A DNA stretch of 64,000 bases from Promethearchaeota archaeon (GTDB lineage: Archaea; Asgardarchaeota; Lokiarchaeia; Sigyniarchaeales; SOKP01): the NCBI GenBank assembly GCA_016839705.1, contig JAEOTR010000006.1, forward strand, positions 36,890 to 100,889. The letters run 5' to 3'. How positions within the stretch are numbered: the stretch's first letter is position 1; each line of letters opens with the position of its first letter. Shown here one piece after another: positions 9,650 through 19,055 of the stretch. The notes below the pieces were generated by a model. The model saw only the letters and a list, made by a program, of their open reading frames with translations, did no database searches and was not told the DNA's origin. The translations under genes and the position numbers were made by a program.

Positions 9650-10225
9650 TTAAGGTATACTGTCATAATCTAAACTATGATAATCCATTATTTTTTTTGC
9701 TATTTGTTTAAAACTATAGAGGATATTGCTATTCTCTTTTGAAGAGGTTTTTATATAATCTTTTTCATTGTGATTTTGAAGGAATTGTTGAATAATATAT
9801 GAAGCAACTTTATAATTTTTGTCAACACCCCGCGCTAAGTCATACTTAGTTCCAACAAGCACCTTGGGACGATCTTGAAGGTTATATTGCACTAAATTAT
9901 CATACCACCAATCTAATTTAAAAAGAGTTTCTATTTTGAGTAGGTCAAAAACCAAAAAGATTCCACTTGCACCTGAAATATAATATCCAAATAATGATTT
10001 AAATTGCTCTTGACCTCCAAAATCCCATATTGAAAGACGAGCAAAAGAATCATCACCTTTAACTACAATAGGAATATCATATGTATAAAAATCTATACCA
10101 ACAGTAAGTTTGGTGTCAGCATTAAATGTGTTGAAGCACAACCTCCTAGCCATGCAAGTTTTTCCTACACCACCACTACCAACTAAGCAGATTTTAAATA
10201 CATATTTTAATTGTTTGTCTTCCAT
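9650..10225 (-). CDS. Rab/Ras-like small GTPase
   Basis: 191-aa ORF. G1 GSGGVGKT, switch-I TVGIDF, G3 WDFGGQE, G4 GTKYD, G5-like TSSKE. No C-terminal prenylation Cys. Confidence 0.85.
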   Translation of the reverse strand: MEDKQLKYVFKICLVGSGGVGKTCMARRLCFNTFNADTKLTVGIDFYTYDIPIVVKGDDSFARLSIWDFGGQEQFKSLFGYYISGASGIFLVFDLLKIETLFKLDWWYDNLVQYNLQDRPKVLVGTKYDLARGVDKNYKVASYIIQQFLQNHNEKDYIKTSSKENSNILYSFKQIAKKIMDYHSLDYDSIP

Positions 10226-10402
10226 AATTGTCCCCTACGCTAACCGTTTTAATATAAATTTTCAAATGAAAATAGAATTTTTAATATAATTCAATAGAAA
10301 AAACGCTTTTATTTATATCTTTGATATTTAAAATTGACTGTATTATTCTGTTTTTGAATGAAAATATTTGGTGTTTATTAAATTTTGTAATAATAGGAAG
10401 CA

Positions 10403-10993
10403 TTATAATTTTCTACATAATAATTCTCCTTTCCCTATAGGAACTATAAGTGCATCTACTCGATCATCACTTAAAGCTTTTTCCAACATAGGCTTTAAAG
10501 TTTCGTAATGATTAATTGCATTATCGGCTATAAGAATTCCTCCTTTAACCAAGTTAGGAATTACCATGTCATAACACTCACCATAGACCTCTTTTTCAGC
10601 GTCTAAAAAACAGAAAGAAATATCAGTATAATTTTTTAAATAATTCCTAGCGTCACCTGAGATTAATTCAATGTAATCCTCCATATCAGTTTCCTTAAAT
10701 GTCTCTTTTGCTAATTTCACTTTATCTTCCAATAATTCAAAAGTAGTAATTGTAGTTCCTTTTAATTTGCACGCAAAAGCTATCCATAACGTCGAGTAAC
10801 CTGCACTCGTTCCAATTTCAATAAACTTCCCCTCAGGCGCGGATGCTGCTAAGATTGAAATGAATTTTCCTGTTTCAGGTGGAATTTGGCGTAACCTCTT
10901 TAAACGTGGAGTTCCATCATTCCTATCCTTTGAATCAAGATCCTCAAGAAATTTCATTCTTTTTGTGATACTTTCTGGTACATTATGAAACAT
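10403..10993 (-). CDS. class I SAM-dependent O-methyltransferase (family 3 / caffeoyl-CoA OMT-like)
   Basis: 196-aa ORF. SAM-binding [19 protein letters not shown] and IADNA motifs typical of OMT family 3. Confidence 0.75.
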   Translation of the reverse strand: MFHNVPESITKRMKFLEDLDSKDRNDGTPRLKRLRQIPPETGKFISILAASAPEGKFIEIGTSAGYSTLWIAFACKLKGTTITTFELLEDKVKLAKETFKETDMEDYIELISGDARNYLKNYTDISFCFLDAEKEVYGECYDMVIPNLVKGGILIADNAINHYETLKPMLEKALSDDRVDALIVPIGKGELLCRKL

Positions 10994-11022
10994 TAATAAT
11001 CCTCTTTTAATTATTATACATC

Positions 11023-11913
11023 CTATCTTAAATCAGGTATTACATTCTCAGCTATTTTTGTTAGATTTTGGACGTTTTTGGATTCAAAGAAGGGAAAATA
11101 AATAATAAATTCATCAATTCCAATTTCAATATATTTATTTATTTCACATCTAAAATTCTCTTCTGAATCTAGAATTGTACGACCATGGCGGGTATAAAAC
11201 ATTAAAGAACGACGTAGTGTATCTGGATTTCTATTAAGTTCTTTGCAATATTTATCTATCAACTCAACCCGTTTTTTAGTGTTTTCAAAAATCTTTTCTG
11301 CAGGAGCTCGCCAGTCTTCTGATCCAAACGAATTCCATGTATCCGCATACTTAGCTGCAACTTTCAGCATGGTGTTTCCCATCGCAGCAATGACCATTGG
11401 TGGTCGAGGTTTTTGAATTGTTGGCGGATTCATTGCAGCATTATCTAATTTATAATATTTTCCCTCATAACTGGAAACACTCTGACGCAGGAGCCTATCT
11501 ATTATTTCTACTTGATCTTTAAATCGATCAACTCGTTCTGAACCTTGCCAATCTTCAATCTTGAGCATGTTATGAACAGGATCTCTTCTACCACCTGTAC
11601 CTAAGCCTATTTCTAATCTTCCATTAGATATATGGTCAACAGTAAGGGCTTGTCGTGCTAACACAGCCGGTCTGCGTAATGGCATTGAAGTCACCAATGT
11701 TCCAAGTCTTACTCGTTCAGTAACAACAGCGAGAGAAGCTAAAAGTGTCCAAGATTCAAACCAGTTCCCGGTATGATTTACGGGATCTGTAAAGTGATCT
11801 CCTAACCATATACTATCAAACCCCAAACTCTCAATTAATCTCCATCGTTTGACTTCCTTTTCCCAAGGAAGGATCTGACTCGTAAATACTCCAAATCGAA
11901 TTTTATTCCCCAT
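11023..11913 (-). CDS. LLM-class (luciferase-like) flavin/F420-dependent oxidoreductase
   Basis: 296-aa ORF. FGVF...[11 protein letters not shown] and [11 protein letters not shown], patterns typical of the luciferase-like monooxygenase family. Confidence 0.75.
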   Translation of the reverse strand: MGNKIRFGVFTSQILPWEKEVKRWRLIESLGFDSIWLGDHFTDPVNHTGNWFESWTLLASLAVVTERVRLGTLVTSMPLRRPAVLARQALTVDHISNGRLEIGLGTGGRRDPVHNMLKIEDWQGSERVDRFKDQVEIIDRLLRQSVSSYEGKYYKLDNAAMNPPTIQKPRPPMVIAAMGNTMLKVAAKYADTWNSFGSEDWRAPAEKIFENTKKRVELIDKYCKELNRNPDTLRRSLMFYTRHGRTILDSEENFRCEINKYIEIGIDEFIIYFPFFESKNVQNLTKIAENVIPDLR

Positions 11914-12084
11914 TTTAAATTCCTTTAATGTTTTAATTTGATTTATATAACATCATTTCAATGAAAAGTTTTTACTTTTAGTGACCCCTCCCTTCCTTTT
12001 TAAAAGACGTAAAACAATAATTACTACTTCGATTTAAATAATAAGATAAAATTTTAGTAAAAAATGCAAGATAGGTGTTAATTA

Positions 12085-12339
12085 GTGGGGTATATCAAAG
12101 AAACTGCTGATGTAGTAAAGGACTCGTTAAAAGGGTTTACTAGCAAGAAAAAATTTAAAAAGTTAATAGATAATATGATCTTCGCGATAGAAACTAATAC
12201 CGTGAGTAAATACTTTTTTTATAAATATAGGATTTTAGAAGAATTAGCATCATTTATTACTTTAAAAAAAGATAGAGATAAAGATTATTTAAGAAAATAT
12301 GAAAGAGTGAAACATTACTATAAAGAACACTTTTATTAA
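12085..12339 (+). CDS. hypothetical small basic protein
   Basis: 84-aa ORF with a GTG start, in a gap between minus-strand genes. No recognisable motif. Confidence 0.3.
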   Translation: MGYIKETADVVKDSLKGFTSKKKFKKLIDNMIFAIETNTVSKYFFYKYRILEELASFITLKKDRDKDYLRKYERVKHYYKEHFY

Positions 12340-12370
12340 CTTGCCAATTAGACGTAAAACTTATTATCTC

Positions 12371-13273
12371 TTAACTATGAGTTAATATCTCCATTAAAGC
12401 TCTAGGAATTTCTTTATAATCGGTTACAGCATAAAATTTTCCTCTCCCTGCATCTGCTATCTCTCGACATGTTTTAATCCCTTGAGCAGCATCATTTTCA
12501 GCCGGCATACCAATGACATGCAACTTTGGAAAGAGCTTTGCGATTTCAATTGGATTCTTTCCTCTATTAAATACACCATCCGAGATTAAAATGCCGAACC
12601 GACTTTTCCTCTCTTCTCTTGTTTTATTCAATTCGCTTAATCCTTTTTCAAGACCTAATTGAATATTAGTAAAACCAACTGCTTCTGAATCTAAGATATC
12701 ATCTATGATTTTAAGAGTTGTTTTTTTTTGGTTGATTTTTTTTAATGTCATCGCTGTTGAATTGAATAAAACGATAGCATAATCTTCTTTTTCCATATTA
12801 TATGCTAAAACCGAGGTCGTAAGGGCTGCATTCAATAAAAGACGACCATACATACTCCCACTTGTATCCAATATTAGCACTATTTTTCTTTTCTGTCGTT
12901 TCCTTACAATCCCAAAGATATCTTTATAGCTTAAATTTTTATCATGAATCTTTAGGGGATTATGTTGGATTGTCTCATCCAAACTAAATTCAGGCATTCC
13001 AATTTGATAATAGGGTACTGATCTTTTAAATTGGCCTCTTATCCCTTTACTAGTTATCTTTAGTGATAACTTTAATATGCTCTGACGAGCGAGACGTCTA
13101 AAAATTGCCTTATACTTTGGAGATATTGGACGCCTGATAAAAAAATAAACTTCTGGCATAAAATCTCCTTGATTTTTAACCTTTTCAGAGAGAAATCTTA
13201 CTCCGTCTTCAGTATCCAAAATGTCAGTTGCTGCGTAAACATTTGCTTTTAGAAGTCCCATTACTGCATCCAA
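12371..13273 (-). CDS. von Willebrand factor type A (VWA) domain protein, partner of the MoxR ATPase
   Basis: MIDAS motif LILDTSGSM. VWA-type beta-alpha pattern. The frame remains open a further 74 codons upstream (to 13495) with no ATG/GTG/TTG, so the true 5' end is uncertain. Confidence 0.75.
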   Translation of the reverse strand: MDAVMGLLKANVYAATDILDTEDGVRFLSEKVKNQGDFMPEVYFFIRRPISPKYKAIFRRLARQSILKLSLKITSKGIRGQFKRSVPYYQIGMPEFSLDETIQHNPLKIHDKNLSYKDIFGIVRKRQKRKIVLILDTSGSMYGRLLLNAALTTSVLAYNMEKEDYAIVLFNSTAMTLKKINQKKTTLKIIDDILDSEAVGFTNIQLGLEKGLSELNKTREERKSRFGILISDGVFNRGKNPIEIAKLFPKLHVIGMPAENDAAQGIKTCREIADAGRGKFYAVTDYKEIPRALMEILTHS

Positions 13274-13479
13274 GTTGTCGGAGGCTATCGCTAACTGAGT
13301 TAACCTTTTAATTGTTTTATAATCAAGAGTATCGGCAAGGTGTTTGTAATATTCAGGTTTTTTCCTTTTTTTTCTCGCTATCTCATATTCTAATACATCT
13401 TCATTTTGCCTACTTTCCGTAAGTCTAACATGCAGTTTTTTCTCAATCTCCTCGGATCCCTCCGCAGAGAAATCATCGA

Positions 13480-14352
13480 TTATTGAAAATCTGATTTATT
13501 CAACACAGCTAAAACAATACTAGTAATAACTTCTTTTTTTGATTGAGTTAATCCATCTTCCAATTCGATTTTATTATGTAGTGACATCACTGCAGCTTCG
13601 ATCCAATTGCTTGAGCTATCAGAATTATTATATTGGTTTATTAATGTGGCTAAATCAATAGCACCTCTAATTGAACTCCCTCTTCGGATTGAAATTGTCT
13701 CTCTAGTGGCTTGTATAATATTCTGAGATATTTTCGTTATTTTTTCCGAATTTACATTCGCTTCCTGTTTGATTATTTGAATTTCTTCTTCTGGACTTTG
13801 ATAATCTAAATTAATCCAGATGAAGCGATCAATTAAAGCCTCACCTAAAACAGTAACTCCAACATGAGCAGCAGGATTTTGAGTGGCAACTACAAAAAAA
13901 TCTTTATGAGCTTTAATTGTATCTAATTTAGGGATTTCGAGTATACCCTCGTCTAGAGCAGTTAACAAGGAATTTTGTGTATTTTCTGGCATTCTATTAA
14001 TTTCATTTATAAATAAGCATCCACCATTAAGCATTGCTAAAGCTAAAGGGCCATATTTGTAAGAATCTTCGTTATATCCTTTCGCAATTACGAGAGGAGG
14101 TTCATAATAACCAACAAGATTATGCGGGAGTAACTCTTCACTACAATCGACTCTATAAAAACTAGAATCATCAGAACCATAAAATTTGGTTATAGCCCTA
14201 GCCAGCGTAGTTTTTCCGACACCTACATTCCCTTCTAATAAGATATTCTTACCTACTGAATGAGCTAACACAATTTGTTTTAGTTCTTCTGTTCGACCTA
14301 TGATTTTAAATTTCTTTTGTATTTCTGACACTAAGCTGGTCGTATCAACCAT
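13480..14352 (-). CDS. MoxR-like AAA+ ATPase
   Basis: 290-aa ORF. Walker A GNVGVGKTT, Walker B LFINEINR, ATQNP sensor region. Lies immediately upstream of the VWA gene. Confidence 0.85.
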   Translation of the reverse strand: MVDTTSLVSEIQKKFKIIGRTEELKQIVLAHSVGKNILLEGNVGVGKTTLARAITKFYGSDDSSFYRVDCSEELLPHNLVGYYEPPLVIAKGYNEDSYKYGPLALAMLNGGCLFINEINRMPENTQNSLLTALDEGILEIPKLDTIKAHKDFFVVATQNPAAHVGVTVLGEALIDRFIWINLDYQSPEEEIQIIKQEANVNSEKITKISQNIIQATRETISIRRGSSIRGAIDLATLINQYNNSDSSSNWIEAAVMSLHNKIELEDGLTQSKKEVITSIVLAVLNKSDFQ

Positions 14353-14470
14353 ATTTTTTAGAATTAATCCTTTCTAAAATAATTTTAGTTTATGAGATAA
14401 TAGACTAAGACATAAATTCAGAATTAACTTATACTTACATAGGGTAAAAATTAAGAAAGATAAAAAAAAT

Positions 14471-15397
14471 TTAATCTAAAGAAAGTTTAGTTTGATTTTC
14501 TCCTTCTAGCTCCATTAGTAAAATAGAACTTGTACGTTTCCATAATTTCAATGAAATAACACCAATTGAAATTAGTATACTTGGATAAATTATTATTTCT
14601 AGCAAAGTAGGATTTGCGTTATAACCAAATAATGCTTTTAACAGCGATCCAATAATTTCAAGCCATTCTGGGGTTAATGGATTACCATCAGGAAATTTTT
14701 CAGGTAAAATATGTTTAATATTCCATACTTCTTGGATGATTGGATTTACTACTCCCGCCTCTATTAATTCATGGATTCCGTATGTGATTAAGCCAGCTAC
14801 AAACAATATAAAAATAATATTTGTTACTTTGAAAAACTTGGCTAAATTAATATTTTTCACCCCATAATAAATTAATAATCCTAAACCAACCGAAAAACTA
14901 AGACCTGTTAAAGAACTTAATATGACATCTACCTGATTCAGAGAGCCAACAGAGGTTGCTCCTGTGAGCAGAAGGACTAATTCTATTCCTTCACGAATAA
15001 TAATTATGTAGGTAAGTATTGCTATTGATATAACTCTTCCAGACTCAATTGAAAACTCAACTTTTTCTTCAAGATGTTTCTTCATTTTAGGTCCCTCCTT
15101 GCTCATCCATAACACTAAAGTCACCACAAAAATTCCAGATATAATGAAAGCAATGCCTTCAAAGATTTGCTCTGCTGGACCAGAAAATCCTCCAAATACA
15201 GTTGTAAATACAATCGCAAAGAAAATACTTGAAATGATAGCTAACGTACTTCCAATAAAGACATACTTATAATAAAATCGTTGATCAGTATTTTTTAAAT
15301 ATAAGAGTATTATAACTATTACTAATACTGCTTCTATTCCTTCTCGAAACGCCAGAAAAATTGGAACCATTAGATCTACAATTGACATAAAAATCAT
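14471..15397 (-). CDS. FTR1/EfeU-family iron permease
   Basis: 308-aa polytopic protein with two RExxE motifs in hydrophobic helices (FREGIEAV and IREGIELV). Confidence 0.65.
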   Translation of the reverse strand: MIFMSIVDLMVPIFLAFREGIEAVLVIVIILLYLKNTDQRFYYKYVFIGSTLAIISSIFFAIVFTTVFGGFSGPAEQIFEGIAFIISGIFVVTLVLWMSKEGPKMKKHLEEKVEFSIESGRVISIAILTYIIIIREGIELVLLLTGATSVGSLNQVDVILSSLTGLSFSVGLGLLIYYGVKNINLAKFFKVTNIIFILFVAGLITYGIHELIEAGVVNPIIQEVWNIKHILPEKFPDGNPLTPEWLEIIGSLLKALFGYNANPTLLEIIIYPSILISIGVISLKLWKRTSSILLMELEGENQTKLSLD

Positions 15398-15701
15398 CTT
15401 TTAACTATATTTTTTATAATTTTTCATGTTGAACCTATTATTTTTCTTATTTAAACGTTAGGGTTATCTAATATTAACAAGATTTTCTCCTAAAATGTGA
15501 TGGATCTAAATTAATTCTCAGAATATTAAGATTATAAGATCAAATTTAAATAATTTTCTATAAGATTTACCTGAAAAAGCCTAGTAAATAAACATAAAGA
15601 GAGGAATGATTAAAAATTCCTCTTTCTAGCTCCTTTTTTGAATTTATTTTGCTGTTCGACCAGATTAAAGGTTTTTAAACCTTGAAACAGAAATATTAAT
15701 T

Positions 15702-17198
15702 ATGGAAAAATCAAATATTATTGAAACTAAAACCGGAAAAATCCAAGGATATAAAGAAGAAGGATTAGAAATCTTCAAGGGAATTCCATTTGCAGAACCC
15801 CCTATTGGGAAATTACGCTTTTCTCCACCCGTTAAAAAGCAATCATGGGATGGAGTACTTAAAGCCACAGAATATGGTCCTTGTTCATTTCAAGGACATT
15901 CTGAACTTGAACAGTATCTCGGTAAGCTTGAACCAGAAAGTGAGGATTGCTTGACTCTCAACATCTGGACTCCCGCAACAGACAGCGGAAAACGTCCAGT
16001 AATGTTTTGGATTCATGGAGGGGCTTTTATGATAGGAGGTGGGACTGATCCAATGTATGATGGCTCAGCTTTGGCTCTAAGAGGTGATATAATAGTCGTT
16101 ACCATTAATTATAGACTTGGATCTTTTGGGTTCTTATATAGTAAGAGCATACCACCGAATCTAGGTTCTCAAGATCAATTGATGGCTCTAAAATGGGTAC
16201 ATGAGAATATTATGTCATTTGGTGGTGATCCTTCGAATATTACTATTTTTGGTGAATCTGCAGGGGGATATTCCGTCCTAACTTTGTGTACAATGCCTAA
16301 AGCAAAGGATCTTTTTCACAGAGTTATTGCCCAGAGTGCCCCTTTTATTGATACTAAAGTTAGTGATGAGACTTCCAATAAGATTTTGAGTAAACTTCAC
16401 ATTATTGAAGGTGATATTGATTCATTACGAGAAGTTCCACCAGAAAAAATCATTGAAGCACAAAATCAAGTTACTGCCTCTCTACCTACAGATGTCATGG
16501 CTTTAAGGCCTTTAATCATTGGAGATACGTTCCCAAAACATCCATTAAAAGCCTTTCTAAACGGAGAGTGTGCAGATATCGATTTCATGATTGGTACCAA
16601 CCTTGATGAATTTAAATTATATACAGCTATGGAACCTTTTAAATCGATGGTCGAAGGTAATTCTGAGAATTTATTAGTTGGATTTTTAGGATCGTTGGGG
16701 ATCAAAACAAAAGAAGGGACGGAAATAATAAAAACATATATAGAAGCAAGAGAAGGAAAATATTCCACAAAACCACTAGATGTCTTCACAGCTATTATCA
16801 CAGACTTTGCATTCCGTATCCGTACGATACGTTTACTTGAAGCTCAGAAGAAATTTCAACCTAACACCTACAACTATATGTTTACTTGGCCTTCGCCAGG
16901 ATTGAATGGTATTTTAGGAGCATGTCATTCACTCGAGATACCTTTTGTTTTTGGGACATTGGATTCCCCGACCCTAAAAGAATTCGTTAAAGGTGCACCG
17001 AAAGAATTATCCGATAAGATGATGGATGCTTGGATTAGTTTTGCGAAAACAGGAAATCCAAATCATGGAAATATCCCTATTTGGCCTGCTTATGATACTA
17101 AGATGCGTGCAACCATGATTTTTGGAGAAGAATGTAAAGTAGAGGAAGCCCTTTTTGACAAAGAAAGAACAGCTTGGGAGGGTTTGCTAGAAATTTAA
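15702..17198 (+). CDS. type-B carboxylesterase (COesterase family, para-nitrobenzyl esterase-like)
   Basis: 498-aa ORF. FKGIPFAEPPIG N-terminal motif, WIHGGAF, nucleophile elbow GESAGG, C-terminal GACHSLEIPFVFG. Confidence 0.9.
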   Translation: MEKSNIIETKTGKIQGYKEEGLEIFKGIPFAEPPIGKLRFSPPVKKQSWDGVLKATEYGPCSFQGHSELEQYLGKLEPESEDCLTLNIWTPATDSGKRPVMFWIHGGAFMIGGGTDPMYDGSALALRGDIIVVTINYRLGSFGFLYSKSIPPNLGSQDQLMALKWVHENIMSFGGDPSNITIFGESAGGYSVLTLCTMPKAKDLFHRVIAQSAPFIDTKVSDETSNKILSKLHIIEGDIDSLREVPPEKIIEAQNQVTASLPTDVMALRPLIIGDTFPKHPLKAFLNGECADIDFMIGTNLDEFKLYTAMEPFKSMVEGNSENLLVGFLGSLGIKTKEGTEIIKTYIEAREGKYSTKPLDVFTAIITDFAFRIRTIRLLEAQKKFQPNTYNYMFTWPSPGLNGILGACHSLEIPFVFGTLDSPTLKEFVKGAPKELSDKMMDAWISFAKTGNPNHGNIPIWPAYDTKMRATMIFGEECKVEEALFDKERTAWEGLLEI

Positions 17199-17206
17199 AT
17201 TTCTTT

Positions 17207-18463
17207 TTACCTAGGGAAAAGTTTCACGATTACCTTTTCCCCTTTTTTTAATCCTTCTTGATGTGGGGGGATTTCAACAATACCATCAGACTTTGTTAGC
17301 GAACTAATAACCCCCGATCCTTTAAGTTTTACAGGGATAGCAACTAATTTATCTTCAGATTTTTTAATATCTACCCTTAAATGATGAAGATAACCAAGAC
17401 CGGAAACAGGAACATCTCTACTGATCTCTACTATTATTTCAGATCTTGGATCAAGGAGAGAACAACCCATTATACCTCTTATTGCTACACCTGCCATTTT
17501 TAAAAAGGAAACATAGGCTGCAACCGGAGTTCCTGGTAAACAAAATACCAAACTCTCATTTAATAAACCAGTTAACACGGGTGCTCCCGGTCTTTGGGCA
17601 ATTCCGTGAGTTAAAATTACACCTGATTCTTTAATAACTTCAGGAAGATAATCTTTAGTCCCTACAGAAGTACCTCCTGTGAAAATTATAATCTGAGAGT
17701 CTTCTGCGGCTTCAATTAGTTTCTTTTTAATATAGTTTAAATCATCTTTAACAGTTTCACCTCGAATAACTTCGCCACCGTATAGATGCACTAACGCGGA
17801 AATCATTGGAGTGTTTGAATTGTAAATTTTCCCAGGAATTAAAATATCACCGGGCTCAAGTAATTCATCTCCAGATGAAAAAACACTAACTTTGGGTTTA
17901 GTAACCACTTTAATACTCTTAAATCCTAATGAAGTTAAAAGTGCAATATGTTCAGCTTTTAATTCTGTACCCTTATTTAAAACTTGAGTCCCTTTATTGA
18001 TATCCTCTCCTTTCTTGGAAACATTTTTTCCCGGAGGAAGAGAAATATATAGACTTATTAGGTTATTTTCAATTTCTGTATCTTCAATTTTAACAACAGA
18101 ATCAGCACCTACTGGAATAGGAGCCCCAGTGGAAATTCTGATGCCCTCACCCTTTTTAAGTTTTAGAAAGGAAGACTCACCAATTTCTATTGTCCCAACA
18201 AGTTTAATTTCTTTTGGGTTTTTAGTAGAAGCCCCGAATGAATCTTCCGCTTGAATCGCATAACCATCCATTGCGGATCGATCAAAAGGAGGAATATCCA
18301 TTCCGCTCATAATATCAACAGCTAGTACACGGTTTAGTGAGGAATTTATTTCAACTTCTTCGATTGGATTTATTTTGATGTGAGAAAAAAGTATTTCGAG
18401 GGCTTCTGAGACCGATGTTAATTTTGAAAATCCTATTTTTCTGAGTTTTTCCATTTCCATCAC
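17207..18463 (-). CDS. moeA: molybdopterin molybdenum/tungsten transferase MoeA (paralogue 2)
   Basis: 418-aa ORF. RSAMDGYA motif, FTGGTSVGTKD, PGTPVAA. Its start overlaps the moaB stop by 4 nt (ATGA). Confidence 0.9.
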   Translation of the reverse strand: MMEMEKLRKIGFSKLTSVSEALEILFSHIKINPIEEVEINSSLNRVLAVDIMSGMDIPPFDRSAMDGYAIQAEDSFGASTKNPKEIKLVGTIEIGESSFLKLKKGEGIRISTGAPIPVGADSVVKIEDTEIENNLISLYISLPPGKNVSKKGEDINKGTQVLNKGTELKAEHIALLTSLGFKSIKVVTKPKVSVFSSGDELLEPGDILIPGKIYNSNTPMISALVHLYGGEVIRGETVKDDLNYIKKKLIEAAEDSQIIIFTGGTSVGTKDYLPEVIKESGVILTHGIAQRPGAPVLTGLLNESLVFCLPGTPVAAYVSFLKMAGVAIRGIMGCSLLDPRSEIIVEISRDVPVSGLGYLHHLRVDIKKSEDKLVAIPVKLKGSGVISSLTKSDGIVEIPPHQEGLKKGEKVIVKLFPR

Positions 18464-19020
18464 TCCTCTTTATTAATAATATAAAGTATATGTCCAATTT
18501 CGGGTATAATTAATGCTTCTAATGCTAATTTTACAGCTCTCGGTGATCCTGGAAGCAAAAAGATAGCCTTATTTTTCTTCTTGCTTTCTAATATTCCGGC
18601 GACAGCTCTTGATAACATAGCAGAAGATCCAATTTCATTATATGAAATATTCCGAAAGAGCTCTCCAAATCCATTAATTTTTTTTTTAAGTCGAGGTTCT
18701 ATAGTTTCATATGTAATATCTTTTGGAGATAAACCCGTACCTCCACTGAAAATTATAGCATCAATGGCATCTTCTTTCATTATTCTAACCAAAATATCAT
18801 TTAACTGCTCCTCTGAATCTGGTATTATCTCTGCAAAGTCTAATGAAATCGATGATTCCTTATCGAATATCTTTTTCACAATAGGTATTGTTTTATCTGA
18901 AGTTACCCGGTTAAGCTTGAGCTCTTCATATCGACTTGTACTCACCACCACTAAAGCAAAAATAACCTTCTCTGGAGCTTTTTTTTTATGTTCCTCGTGC
19001 ACTTTTAGTTTTTTCTTCAT
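18460..19020 (-). CDS. moaB: MoaB/MogA-type molybdopterin adenylyltransferase
   Basis: 186-aa ORF. FSGGTGLSPKD and LPGSPRA motifs. Ends in TGA. Confidence 0.85.
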   Translation of the reverse strand: MKKKLKVHEEHKKKAPEKVIFALVVVSTSRYEELKLNRVTSDKTIPIVKKIFDKESSISLDFAEIIPDSEEQLNDILVRIMKEDAIDAIIFSGGTGLSPKDITYETIEPRLKKKINGFGELFRNISYNEIGSSAMLSRAVAGILESKKKNKAIFLLPGSPRAVKLALEALIIPEIGHILYIINKEE

Positions 19021-19055
19021 ACAACTCAGCCGACCACTTAATTTTAATTTAAATA

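Noticed and set aside
13478-13500. A programmed -1 frameshift fusing the MoxR ATPase to the VWA protein.
   Set aside because: The VWA frame is -1 relative to MoxR and is open across the MoxR stop. However, there is no X-XXY-YYZ slippery heptamer in the 16-nt overlap (AAT AAA TCA GAT TTT CAA TAA).
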